A stretch of 64,000 bases of DNA, taken from an uncultured Candidatus Rokubacteria bacterium. GTDB taxonomy: Bacteria > Methylomirabilota > Methylomirabilia > Rokubacteriales > CSP1-6. Location: NCBI GenBank assembly GCA_963758635.1, contig CAVWWD010000008.1, positions 1,237,078 to 1,301,077 on the forward strand. The letters run 5' to 3'. The notes under the pieces were generated by a model that saw nothing but the letters and a program-made list of their open reading frames with translations, was not told the origin of the DNA and made no database searches. Below, in pieces: positions 47,608 to 58,909 of this stretch. Position numbers and translations under genes: made by a program. Within the stretch, counting starts at the first letter, position 1. Each line of letters begins with the position of its first letter.

Positions 47608-49273
47608 TCAGCGGAAGAGGTCTGTCAGCTCGTGCCGCTGGTAGACCACGTAGTGCACGGACTTCTGGCGCGACGGCGTCGCCACCGTCTGCAGCACGTC
47701 CAGCCACACCCGGCCGTCGCTCCCGCGGTGAAGGCGCGGCGCGGCCACCGGGGAACCACACGCTCGGCGCCTCCTGGGGCTGCCCGGCGGTGAACGCCCC
47801 GCGGGCCAGGCCCGAGAGCGGGATGAGCGGACCGGCGAGGCGGCCGGCGCGGACGAGCCGCGCCGCCGTGTCGAACACGTACTTGCCATCCGGCGCGACG
47901 CCGAAGAAGACCACGCCGACGATCGCGTCGCCGGTGGGGTCCACGGTGATCGACGGCGCGAACGAGAAGAAGCGGCCCGCCTCGGCGTTGATCGGGGAGA
48001 GCGGCTGCGGGCGCTCCCAGCCGGCCCACGCGCTCGGCCCCGTCGCGGGCCTCCGGACCACGAACGCCTCGTCGTTGCCGTAGATCCCGGTATTGGCGGT
48101 GCCGTGAAAGCCGACGTGCAACGCGCCGCTGCCGTCCACGACGATGTCGCACCAGTCCACGAGCAGGTCGGCCTGGGCCTTCGGATCGCCCCACTCCGGC
48201 GACTCCGCGAGCACGTCCTGCGCGTCGACCCAGCCGCCGCCCGCCTGGCGCCGGACGTACCTGAGCTGCCAGTAGCCGCCGCCCGGCCGCGAGGTGGACC
48301 AGCTGGGCGCGTTCCTCACCGTGGCCGTGAACGCGACGTGCGCGTTCCCCTGGCGGTCCACCGCGAGGCTCGGGTTCTTGAAGCCTCCGGCGGGCCTCGG
48401 CACCTGGTCGAGGCGCCAGCCGCGGCCGCCGTCGGTGGAGATCCCGTACCGCCCGCTCGCCGAGAGGACGTGGATCTCGTCGTCGCCGCGCACGGCGATG
48501 TCCGGGCTCGCGTCGTGGGCCCGCCCGGCGATGCCGGTGTGGCGGACCGCGTCCCAGGTCCACACGCCGTTGACGTTCGCGAGGCGGCGATAGACCACGG
48601 TCTCCCCGGCGGCCCACGCGAAGTGCACCACGCGCGCGCTCGCCTCGACCGCGACGTACGAGCTGCGGCTCTCCGAGCCGGGCCCGCTGATGCGCAGGGG
48701 CTCGCCGTCCCACGCGAGGGCGCCCGACTGCGGGTCGGGTCGGGCGCGGCGGTACATCACGCGTGCGCCGATCCCCGGGCGGCCGCTGTCCAGCCAGGCC
48801 ATGTGAAGGGTTCCCGAGACGTCGCGCACGACCTTGGCCGCGCGGTTGGCCGCGGTCGCGTGGTCGTCGCCCGACACGCCGACCGGCGTCTGCCCGTATG
48901 GGAGCACGTACACGTACTCCGTCCGCGTGGCGCGGACCGCGCTCTGGCGCGGCGCGCCCTCCCACGCCGTCCACGTCACGCGCGTGGGCCCGAGCGGCAG
49001 GGGGTCGGCGCGGTCGTGGGTAACCTGGGCGCTCCCGGCTGACGCCGCGCCGAGCAACTCGCGCACCGGCGACGCGTCGGGCGCGATCAACGTCAGGCCC
49101 GGCGCCGGCAGCTCGACGGCGAGCATCTCCGGGAGCTGCACCGCCCCGGCGGCGGGCGGGGCCGCGCCACGGGCGCCGGCGCCCGCCGCCGCGCGCGGCG
49201 CCTCGGCGGGACCGGCGCAGCCCGCGGCGAGCAGGAGGGCGACCAGCGCGCCGGCGCGGCGGAGGAGGTTCAC
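47608..49273 (-). CDS. Lipoprotein with BNR/beta-propeller-type repeats (indel near 47745)
   Basis: Lipobox LAAG-C; STDGGRGW Asp-box; repeated LAVDxxGxxHV strands; GTGA overlap with upstream gene. Confidence 0.7.
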
Positions 49274-51549
49274 TTGTAGCGAAACGCCCACACGCGGCTC
49301 CCCACCCGCTCCACGGTGCCGAGGAACAGCGTGACGTTCTGGGACGGCACGTAGACGATCCCGTGGGTCACCGCCGGCGTGAGACCGGCGGGCTCCGTGG
49401 TGAAGGTGGGCTGCTCCCACGCGTTCTTGCCGGGATCGTAGACGTAGAGCTTCTGCGCGGTGTCGTTGCGCCACACCAGCATCACGTTGTTGACGCTGTC
49501 CCAGATCACGTACGAGTAGGGGTCCACGTTCGGGAACCGTCCGTCGGGCACCGGACCGAGATCGGTCAGCCGATGTCCGTCCAGGTCGAAGCGGTACAGG
49601 ACGCCGACCCACGGGTCGACGACGAACGCCCGGCGCTTCGCCTCGTCGACGGCGACAGCGGACTGGTACAGGCGGATGTCGCCGCCCCGCCGGCCGGCGC
49701 CCAGGCGGACGCGCTCCCAGCGGCGCGAGGCGATCGTGTAGATGTCCACGATGCCGCCGGACCCGCCGTGATGACCGAACCGGATGATCTGGTCCTTGAC
49801 CGGGTCGAAGATCGACTGCCAGGTATTGGTGGGGATGAAGGCGTTCGGGTCGTGGTCCGTCCACCGCTTCGCCGCGTCTGGCTCGTCCGGCTTGTAGAAC
49901 ATGATGTGACGGTACTTGAATCGCTCGTCGGTCTTCTCGCTCACCGTGCGGTCCTCGCACACCTTCCGGCCCGGCAGCACCATGGTGCCCGGCATCATCC
50001 AGAAGCCCTCGCGCCGCGCGTCCCACATCCAGCCCACGTAGTCGGGCGACTTCGGCTGCACGCCCCCCGGGTAACCGCAGTACGGCTGCACGCGCTGCCA
50101 GCCCGCGTCGCGGTTCCCGCCATCCGCCCAGCGCGCCGCGATGTCGAAGCTGTACATCTCCTGGCGGTACGAGTCCGGAGCGCTCACCTCGCCGCCGGGC
50201 TCCTGGATGGCGCGGTCCTGGAAGTCGCCGCCGATCCCGTACACCTTGCCGGAGGGTGGGTGGAAGGCCCACGTGGTGTGCTTGGACCCCGCCGCGGGGC
50301 CGCGGAAGCTCGGCGGATCGAACGCGTAGAACACGCCGGGCCGCGCGTCGACGGTGACGCCCGCGGCGGGCGCGCGCGGCGTCGCGTCGGCCCCGTTCTG
50401 CTGGCGGCGCTGCGTCGGCGCGCGCCAGTCCGGCCGGTAGACACGCACGTTCTCATCGACCGCGTTCACGAGGACGAAGACGTCCTTGGACGGCACGTAT
50501 CGCCATCGGCCGTAGGTGCCGTTGCCGTTGGGCGCCCCGGGCGCGGCGCCCGCCCCGGTGCGGCGCGTGAGCTCCTTCTTGTCCAGGTCGAGGACGTGCA
50601 CGTCGGGGCCGCCGTTCCAGATCACGATCTTGTCGCCCACGGGGTCGTACTCGACGCCGCCCATGGGCTTGGCCACGAGATCGGACACGCCCGCGACCTG
50701 GATGGCGCGCCGGGCGCCGCTCGTGAGGCTGTGCGCGTGCATGGCCGCGCCGAACGTGACGAGGAGCCGTCGCCGCGGATCGATGGTGGCGGTGTAGGTG
50801 CCGACCGTCGGCTGGCCGCCCACGTTCTTCCAGACTTCGGTCCGCGGATCGTAACTCCACAGCGTGTGGTTGCTGTCGCCCGCGTTGACGAAGAAGAGGC
50901 CGCTCGCCTCGTCGAACCCCGTCTTGAACCCGAGCGCGGGCGGGATGCCCGCGTCGGCGCGCCGCGACCACGCGAGCTTCTCGAGGTCGAACAGCCACAC
51001 GTCGCGGCTCGACCATCCGCAGCCCCAGCGCGACCCACCGATGAGCAGCAGCCGGTCCACGCTGGGCAGGTACTCGAGGCCGTCGTAGGTGTGGCGCGAC
51101 GACGGGTTGCCGTCGCCGTACGCGAGATCGCACGCCCCGCGCCCGGCCGGGATCTTGTCGTTCGGCGTGGGACCCCAGATCCGTGACCAGCGGAGCGTGC
51201 CGAAGTCGAACGCGTAGATCTCGTTGCCCGCGTAGTCCAGGTGGCCGCCGCCGGTGACGAGCAGGCGGTTGCGCTTCGTGTCCAGCGCCGCGCCGTTCCA
51301 CGCCCCGGTGATCGCCCCGGCGTTCCCGGGCGGCTTGGGCTCGGGCACCACCGCGCGAATCTTCGAGTCGGGGATCTCGAGCCAGTGGCCGGGCGCGAGC
51401 TGGTCGATCGCGTTGGACGCGTCGGCGGCTCGCGCGGACCGGAACTCGCGGCCCGCGACGAGGATCGTGAGGCACGCGACGGCCACGGCGAGGAGCGCTG
51501 GCCACGGCCACGTGGAGCGGGGTGCCACCGAGAACCCTCCGGCCGTCAT
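49270..51549 (-). CDS. Secreted two-domain Kelch-like beta-propeller protein
   Basis: N-terminal TM/signal; GGGHLDY.GNE, PSSRHTYDG, YDP..W repeats, TYGRWRYVP. Confidence 0.75.
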   Translation of the reverse strand: MTAGGFSVAPRSTWPWPALLAVAVACLTILVAGREFRSARAADASNAIDQLAPGHWLEIPDSKIRAVVPEPKPPGNAGAITGAWNGAALDTKRNRLLVTGGGHLDYAGNEIYAFDFGTLRWSRIWGPTPNDKIPAGRGACDLAYGDGNPSSRHTYDGLEYLPSVDRLLLIGGSRWGCGWSSRDVWLFDLEKLAWSRRADAGIPPALGFKTGFDEASGLFFVNAGDSNHTLWSYDPRTEVWKNVGGQPTVGTYTATIDPRRRLLVTFGAAMHAHSLTSGARRAIQVAGVSDLVAKPMGGVEYDPVGDKIVIWNGGPDVHVLDLDKKELTRRTGAGAAPGAPNGNGTYGRWRYVPSKDVFVLVNAVDENVRVYRPDWRAPTQRRQQNGADATPRAPAAGVTVDARPGVFYAFDPPSFRGPAAGSKHTTWAFHPPSGKVYGIGGDFQDRAIQEPGGEVSAPDSYRQEMYSFDIAARWADGGNRDAGWQRVQPYCGYPGGVQPKSPDYVGWMWDARREGFWMMPGTMVLPGRKVCEDRTVSEKTDERFKYRHIMFYKPDEPDAAKRWTDHDPNAFIPTNTWQSIFDPVKDQIIRFGHHGGSGGIVDIYTIASRRWERVRLGAGRRGGDIRLYQSAVAVDEAKRRAFVVDPWVGVLYRFDLDGHRLTDLGPVPDGRFPNVDPYSYVIWDSVNNVMLVWRNDTAQKLYVYDPGKNAWEQPTFTTEPAGLTPAVTHGIVYVPSQNVTLFLGTVERVGSRVWAFRYK

Positions 51550-51764
51550 AGGAAGCCTCCGACGCTCACGCGAGAAGCGAGCGCGGCCCCTGCCGGGGCG
51601 CCGCGTGACCGCCCGGCGCGGCCGGCTCGACGAGCCGGCATCTGGATGTGCATCCGTTCAATGCACTATAGAGACGCGCCGTCGAGAGCGCAAGAAACGG
51701 CGGATGTCAACGTCCGCCATGCGCGGCCACACCGCGGTTCCGCGTACACGCGCGGCGCCGTTCG

Positions 51765-53285
51765 TCATTCATTCACACCCGCGACCGGGATGCGGTCGCC
51801 CACCGTCACGCCGTGCGCCGCGAACCAGCCCCGGTTCACCTCGAGGAAGTACGCCACCGGCGCCTCGCTCCGCACGGGAACGTGACTCATCGGCACCAGG
51901 GGCTGGATGCCGAGCACGTCGCCCGCGGGTCCGAGGAAGGCCACGTCGAGCGGAATCGACGCCTCGTCCATGCGGACCTCCACCGCGCCGCCCTCGCACA
52001 CGAAGAGCATGCCCGCGTCCTCGCCGAGGCTCCGGCGGAAGCTGAGCCCACGGGCGCGAGCGCGCTCCGAGGCCGCCACCTCCACGTCGAGCGGATGGCC
52101 GTGGATCCACAGCCGGCGCCGGGGCAAGCGCGGCGCGAGGCGGCCGGCGAGCCGCCGCGCCACCGCGCGGCCCAGTCGCCGGCCGGCCGCGCGCAGCACG
52201 CCGGGCACGCCGTCCTGTCGCACCGCCGCCCCCACGCGATGCCCCGCGCACACGGCGCGGGCGCGCAGCGTGTTCCGGTACAGGTAGAGCTTCACGTAGT
52301 TCTCGGTGGCCGGCGCCCAGTCCGACTTGTGCTCGCTCCCGCCGGCCATGAAGTCGTACGTCGAGTGCTTGCCCTCCTCGAAGAACCGGCGCAGCACGTC
52401 CCACCGGAGGACGTGCCCGGGGCCGTACGTCGCGTAGTGTTCGTCGTAGCCGATGGCGAGCGACAGGACGCGCGCGGACGAGACGAAGTTGACCTCGTAG
52501 GCGATCGGCGCGCCCCCGGCCAGGAGCAGCTCGAGCGCCAGTTCGCCGCGGCGCGCCGCCTCCTCCATCAACGCGCGCTGGAAGGAGAAGAGCCCGACGC
52601 CTTTCCGGTGGGCCCACGTGCGGGTCGCAAGGTCGACAAGGGCCGGACGCACCGCGGCCAGGTCGTCCAGCGTCGAGACGCGCCGGAACTCGAGGGGGCC
52701 GTGGGCCGCTTCGAGCTTCCGGCGCCTCCGCCGCACGTTCTCGCGGAGCTTCCTGTCCAGGCTCGCCTCGAAGGCCGGCCAGCCCGAAGCGGACGGGACG
52801 ACGTATCCAGGGTCGTCGCGCAGGAGACGGAACGACATGCCGCGCGCGTCCGCCAAGCGCAGCAACGAGGGCAGGGTGGGAGAGCCCGACGGCACCTGCC
52901 AGAGGGCCACGCAGTCCCAGCGCCGGTCGTGCTCGAGGTACCGCCACATGGCATCGAGGACGTGCGGCTCGGGTTCCGGGCACAGGATGTCCGTGGGCCC
53001 ACTCCGATAGCTACCGATCGTCTGCAGCCAGCGTTCGCGGACGGGCCCGCGAACCGTCTCGACCGCCATGAGAGGAGCGATGAGGACGGGGCGGCCGTGG
53101 TCCCGGACCACCACGACGCGCAGCGGGCACGCGCTCGCCACGTGCGTCCAGAACGCGAGCACCCACCAGTGGGCGAGGGTCACGCGCGGCGAGGGGGCGC
53201 GCTTCCAGAGGGCGGTCCACTCCGGCTCGAGCCGGCGGAGGCCGTTCAGCGAGCCGACCGTCTCGACGCTGAGATCCGCCCCCAT
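51765..53285 (-). CDS. GNAT (CelD/BcsL-like, Acetyltransf_6) fused to DUF192
   Basis: GYDEHYATYGPGHVL, YDFMAGGSEHKSDW; C-terminal VEVA...RARGLSFR..L...GMLFV, IPLDVAF, LEVNRGWF..HG..VGD. Confidence 0.8.
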   Translation of the reverse strand: MGADLSVETVGSLNGLRRLEPEWTALWKRAPSPRVTLAHWWVLAFWTHVASACPLRVVVVRDHGRPVLIAPLMAVETVRGPVRERWLQTIGSYRSGPTDILCPEPEPHVLDAMWRYLEHDRRWDCVALWQVPSGSPTLPSLLRLADARGMSFRLLRDDPGYVVPSASGWPAFEASLDRKLRENVRRRRRKLEAAHGPLEFRRVSTLDDLAAVRPALVDLATRTWAHRKGVGLFSFQRALMEEAARRGELALELLLAGGAPIAYEVNFVSSARVLSLAIGYDEHYATYGPGHVLRWDVLRRFFEEGKHSTYDFMAGGSEHKSDWAPATENYVKLYLYRNTLRARAVCAGHRVGAAVRQDGVPGVLRAAGRRLGRAVARRLAGRLAPRLPRRRLWIHGHPLDVEVAASERARARGLSFRRSLGEDAGMLFVCEGGAVEVRMDEASIPLDVAFLGPAGDVLGIQPLVPMSHVPVRSEAPVAYFLEVNRGWFAAHGVTVGDRIPVAGVNE

Positions 53286-53300
53286 GGGATCGCCCGGGGC

Positions 53301-54764
53301 TCAGGCGTAGCGCGCGGCCACGAGGCCCAGCGCCCACGCGAACGCGTACCGGCGGAGCGGCCCCGGCCGGTCGAGGCCCTGGTACCTCGCCCAGCGCCAC
53401 ACCACGGGCAGGCGGCGCACCACCCGGTCGAACGACGCCTCGCCACGCTCCACCAGCCCCTCGAACGCCGGATGCGTGATGGGAGGCACGCGCCCGCGCC
53501 GGATCCACTCGCGCCGGTTGTCGGCGATCCAGCGCCGGTACCGGCTCATCGACGGCGCGGTCAGGAACTCGTTGAAGGCGATGGCGGCGACGTGCTTCTC
53601 CTGCCCGAACCACTCCCGGGGCACGCCCGCGGTCTCGACGATGCGGCGACAGATCGGCCGCGAGTACGACCCCGGCACGTCCCACGACGCCATCTCGCGC
53701 GACTTGCCGATGGCGTTCACGTCCCCGATCTGGCGGACACCCCAGAACGGCACCGGGCAGTTGACGAAGCCCGTGTGCAGCCGGAACTCGGTCAGCGAGC
53801 CGCCGGACGCATCACCCCGGACGACCTCATCGCTGAGGTTCTGCGTCTTCTTGTCCCACATCTTGTCGCCGTGGTAGCCGGTGAACACGATGCGGCCCCG
53901 CAGATGGTCGCGAGCCGAGGCGAGGAAGATCGCCTCGGCGGTCCCGTCGGCGGCGAGGAACGGGGGCTCGGGCGCGTCCAGGGCGCGCCACGCCTCGCGG
54001 TCCACGACCCGGGGGTGGAGGCCGAGTCGCCCAGCGATGCCGGCCCCGTCCTCGGGGAGTCCCGCCTGGTCGCGGTCGACGCAGATCGCGTCACCGCACC
54101 CCGCCTCGCGCGCGAGCACGGCCACGGTGGGAGAGTCGTAGCCGGACGACACGGTGCAGGCGAGGCCGAGCGGCGAGCGGCGCTCGGGGTCGCGGGCGTT
54201 GTCGGCGACCAGCCCCATCGTCTCGGACAGGAAGCGCCGGTAGGCGGCGAAGTCCCTGAGGTCACGGCGGACCAAGGGCTTGAGGCCGCGGGTCACGGTG
54301 CGGCCGTCCCACCGGATCTCGCCGAAGTACGTGAGCCAGATGCTACCGATCGAGCTCTCGACCGCGGCCTTGTAGCGCGTGAGGCCGCGGATGATCGTCG
54401 TGAAGTCCTCGTAGTAGTGCGGGTAGGTCGGGTCGATGACGGCGCCCGCGCGCGCCACGAGGGCGGCGAGCGAGTTCGACACGAAGAGCGTGTCCCCCCG
54501 CTGGGCGGACACGAGCCGGTCGACGGTGTTGCCGGCCGAGGCGAAGACGATCGCCCCGTCCCGCACCCGGCCTCCGCTGCCCGCGAAGACGTCCGTCCGG
54601 TCGAACCCGCCCTCCCCGAACGCGCCCGCCCACGCGCCCTCGACGAACCAGCCGTCCCGCACCTCCACCTGGGGGCCGTGCAGGACGTGCACCGCGGCGC
54701 CCTCGCACCGGGCGAGCCAGGCCAGTGGCGGCCACGCGGCCATGCCGGCGCAGACGAGCTTCAT
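53301..54764 (-). CDS. Divergent asparagine synthetase-like ATP pyrophosphatase protein
   Basis: VSSGYDS PP-loop, FTGYHGD, VPFW, YSRPICRRIVE..GVPR..FG..K. Confidence 0.65.
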   Translation of the reverse strand: MKLVCAGMAAWPPLAWLARCEGAAVHVLHGPQVEVRDGWFVEGAWAGAFGEGGFDRTDVFAGSGGRVRDGAIVFASAGNTVDRLVSAQRGDTLFVSNSLAALVARAGAVIDPTYPHYYEDFTTIIRGLTRYKAAVESSIGSIWLTYFGEIRWDGRTVTRGLKPLVRRDLRDFAAYRRFLSETMGLVADNARDPERRSPLGLACTVSSGYDSPTVAVLAREAGCGDAICVDRDQAGLPEDGAGIAGRLGLHPRVVDREAWRALDAPEPPFLAADGTAEAIFLASARDHLRGRIVFTGYHGDKMWDKKTQNLSDEVVRGDASGGSLTEFRLHTGFVNCPVPFWGVRQIGDVNAIGKSREMASWDVPGSYSRPICRRIVETAGVPREWFGQEKHVAAIAFNEFLTAPSMSRYRRWIADNRREWIRRGRVPPITHPAFEGLVERGEASFDRVVRRLPVVWRWARYQGLDRPGPLRRYAFAWALGLVAARYA

Positions 54765-54865
54765 GGGCGTCCCGCTGCTGCGGCCCATGATCCTCGCAGA
54801 ATACGGTAACCGTCACGGGCCTCTACAATCCCACCGCTCGGCATTGGTCGGATGCGCGGGGCTCG

Positions 54866-56227
<1,362 letters not shown>

Positions 56228-56287
56228 GTCAACCTCCTTGGGTGCGCTCGCCTCGCCTTCCGGCTCGGCTCGCAAATCCTCGCGGCG

Positions 56288-56932
56288 TTACCGCGGTAGT
56301 TTCCGGAGCAAATCGGGATGGAAGACCCGGATGAAGTCCTCGTGGACAGCCAGGGCCTCCGCCGCTCCCGTCGTCTCGGGCATGGCGGTGGCGATTCGGA
56401 TCAACGCCCCGTCCGCGCGCCCGCGGACGAGCCGGTTGTACAGGAGGGTGGCGCGGTACCAGTGGTCGCTCGCGATGCCGCGGCCCTGGAGCTGGTACCA
56501 GTACAGGATGGCCAGGCGCCGGTCGCGCGAGCGCATGAGGACGAGCGTGGCGGCCAGGCGCTCGGCGCCGCCGGGCAACGGCACACTCACCTCCTGCTCG
56601 CTCAGGTCGCTCCAGCCCTGGCCGGGGAACAGCAGGCTCCGCGCGGGCGTGCGCCGGCCCTCGGCCTGGTTCGGGTAGTAGTCCACGGACACCCACACGC
56701 GCTGCCCGTCCTTGTCGTACGCGCGCGCGAGGTGCTCGGGGGCGCCGGGATCCATGGGCAACACGGACGCCTCGCCCGGCTCGGCGGCGACCCAGCCGGC
56801 GAGGCGGCGGGGCACGAACTCGAGCGGCATGGCCGGGGGCACGTCGCGCACGGCGCGGGGCGCCGCGATCACCACGGCCGCGGTGGCGCAGAGCGCCAGG
56901 GCCACCAGCGAGAACACCACGGGGCGCCTCAT
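56288..56932 (-). CDS. epsI: EpsI family exosortase-associated protein
   Basis: N-terminal TM, ARAY...VWVSVDYY, ILYWYQ..GR, DGALIRI; real start 56932. Confidence 0.85.
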   Translation of the reverse strand: MRRPVVFSLVALALCATAAVVIAAPRAVRDVPPAMPLEFVPRRLAGWVAAEPGEASVLPMDPGAPEHLARAYDKDGQRVWVSVDYYPNQAEGRRTPARSLLFPGQGWSDLSEQEVSVPLPGGAERLAATLVLMRSRDRRLAILYWYQLQGRGIASDHWYRATLLYNRLVRGRADGALIRIATAMPETTGAAEALAVHEDFIRVFHPDLLRKLPR

Positions 56933-57786
56933 CGGCGTCGCTCCGTCCAGCGCAGGAGGGCCGAGTCCAGGGCGAGCAGGAGGAAGAACGTGAACACGAA
57001 GTTCACCGTCCCGTTGAACGCGTGATAGGCCGTCCCGAGCGTCCACGGCCCCACGTAATAGGCCAGGGCCGCCGTGGTCGTGATCCGGATGATGTTGGCC
57101 ACGATCGCGAACGGCAGCGCGGCCACGATCAGGACGATGCGCACCGCGGTGGAGCGCCGGGTGAGCGTCGCGTAGGCCACGCCGAGCGACAGGAGCGCGG
57201 CGATGGCCGGGATGCTGCTGCACTCGTCTGCGACCTCGAGGCTGATGTTGGGCAGGTGCAGGAGCACGCCGTCGTGAAACACGGGCACGCCGAGCCAGGC
57301 GAGGAGCTGTGTCGAGGCGGCGGCGTCCACGAGCCGCGACCGGTACGTGATCAGCTTCAGCGTGGACCACGGCAGCGGGATCATGAACACGAGGTAGGCG
57401 ATGCCCGGCCACACCTGGGCGAGCACGCTCGGCCCCGCCACGAACAGGGTGGCGCCGAGGAGCGTGACGGGCAGGGCGAGCCGGGCGATGAACGACTCCT
57501 CGCCGTGCACGCCGATCACGAGCATCACGAGGCCCAGCACGAGGAGCGGCAGGCCCCACGCGGTGGGCCGGATGGGCGCGGCCACGATCCGGTCCCGCCG
57601 CGCCCACAGGAGGTACCCGGCGATGAACGGGATGGCGAAGCCGTGAGACAGGTTCGGGAAGTCGTGCCACTCTCGCACCATGGTGGGGAACACCGGCGCG
57701 TGCACGGCGAAGGTGGCGAGCCAGGGCAGGCTCACCCACACCCACGGCGACAGCGCGCTCGTCCGGGCGCCCACCATCGTGCTCAT
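56929..57786 (-). CDS. xrt: Exosortase (EpsH family)
   Basis: SHGFAIPFI, LVFMIPLP, catalytic Cys (VADECSS), Arg (NIIRI) and His (YHAFNG). Confidence 0.92.
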   Translation of the reverse strand: MSTMVGARTSALSPWVWVSLPWLATFAVHAPVFPTMVREWHDFPNLSHGFAIPFIAGYLLWARRDRIVAAPIRPTAWGLPLLVLGLVMLVIGVHGEESFIARLALPVTLLGATLFVAGPSVLAQVWPGIAYLVFMIPLPWSTLKLITYRSRLVDAAASTQLLAWLGVPVFHDGVLLHLPNISLEVADECSSIPAIAALLSLGVAYATLTRRSTAVRIVLIVAALPFAIVANIIRITTTAALAYYVGPWTLGTAYHAFNGTVNFVFTFFLLLALDSALLRWTERRR

Positions 57787-57928
57787 GGAGCCACCGCCCG
57801 GGCGCCGCGCGGCGTGATCGGCAGCTTGATCCGGAACGCGGTGCCCGCGCCCTCTTCGCTCGCCACCTCGATCCTCCCGCCGTGGGCTTCCACGATGCTC
57901 CGGGCCTGGTAGAGCCCGATCCCCCATC
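57783..57928 (-). pseudogene. prsK: C-terminal fragment of a histidine kinase (PrsK-like), cut at the junction
   Basis: WGIGLYQARSIVEAHGGRIEVASEEGAGTAFRIKLP (G2 box); nothing upstream of it is present. Confidence 0.75.
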
Positions 57929-58786
57929 GTGAAGATCTCGCGCCCGCATCTCGTAACCTTCGCCATGGTCCTCCTGGCCCTGGTTGCAACGCTCATTCTT
58001 TACTGGCGATACTCGACGAAGCCATGGACACGCGACGGTCAGGTGCGGGCGAACGTTGTGGGAATAGCGCCGCGGGTAGCCGGGCCGATTATTCAGATTC
58101 CCATCAAGGACAATCAGGCGGTAAAAAAGGGCGATCTGCTGTTCGAAATCGACCCTTCGACTTTTCGCGCGTTGGTCGATAACGCGACTGCTAAGCTTAA
58201 GCAGGCACAGGCGGCAGAGGTCCAGGCTCAACAGGAACTTGCCCGTCAGACGGAGCTCTATGAGATGAAGACCGTTGACCTTCGTGATGTCCAGAACGCG
58301 CAAGACAACTATGCTGCCGCTGCTGCCAATACCGCAGCCGCTCAGGCAGACCTGGAAACGGCGAATCTCAATCTTGGCTACACCAAGGTCTTCGCCCCGG
58401 TGGACGGATATCTCACGAATATCAACACCAGCCCGGGAACGTATGTGAACGAAGGCGAGCAGTTGCTGGCATTGGTCGATTCGAGTTCCTTCTGGATCGC
58501 CGCGTATTTCAAGGAAACGCAGCTTAGGCATATTCGCGAAGGAGCCCCGGCGCGCATCACGCTGATGGGTCATGACTTCGAGCCCTTTGAGGGTAAGGTC
58601 GTCAGCGTGGCGTGGGGCATTTTCTTGCAGGACGGCTCGACAGTCGACTTGTTGCCCGCAGTCAGCCAGACGATCGACTGGGTCAGGCTTCCCAACCGGT
58701 TTCCTGTCCGCATTCAGGTAACCGGGACTCCGCCTGTTCCTTTGCGCATCGGCCAAACCGTCTCAGTCGCGGTTCAGGAAGGATAA
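57929..58786 (+). CDS. HlyD family (AaeA-like) membrane fusion protein
   Basis: PWTRDGQVRA, VKKGDLLFEIDP, APVDG, YFKETQL, WVRLPNRFPVRI. Confidence 0.9.
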   Translation: MKISRPHLVTFAMVLLALVATLILYWRYSTKPWTRDGQVRANVVGIAPRVAGPIIQIPIKDNQAVKKGDLLFEIDPSTFRALVDNATAKLKQAQAAEVQAQQELARQTELYEMKTVDLRDVQNAQDNYAAAAANTAAAQADLETANLNLGYTKVFAPVDGYLTNINTSPGTYVNEGEQLLALVDSSSFWIAAYFKETQLRHIREGAPARITLMGHDFEPFEGKVVSVAWGIFLQDGSTVDLLPAVSQTIDWVRLPNRFPVRIQVTGTPPVPLRIGQTVSVAVQEG

Positions 58787-58793
58787 GGCAGCG

Positions 58794-58871
58794 GGCGAAA
58801 TCCCCGCCGTAAAGCCCGGCAGCAAGTAAGCCCTGTAGCGTTGATGGTTGATAGTTGTGGTTGATAGTTGC
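58794..58871 (+). repeat. Inverted duplicate of pyrE 3' end plus heptamer repeats
   Basis: Matches the reverse complement of 60407-60479 (EIPAVKPGSK* codons, then TTGAT(A/G)G units). Confidence 0.8.
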
Positions 58872-58909
58872 GCTTGCCAGTTGAAAGACGATGAGGCAGC
58901 GTCGCGCAT

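Noticed and set aside
46049..50272. 1407-aa minus-strand ORF as a single gene
   Set aside because: Only ~47745-49273 is real (lipoprotein); the rest is off-frame or antisense read-through caused by an indel.
51813..54809. 998-aa plus-strand ORF
   Set aside because: Antisense to the GNAT-DUF192 and AsnB-like genes; no protein signal.
56288..58756. 822-aa ORF apparently spanning the junction
   Set aside because: Only the last ~214 aa are EpsI; the upstream part is off-frame exosortase and antisense HlyD, so it does not support the junction.
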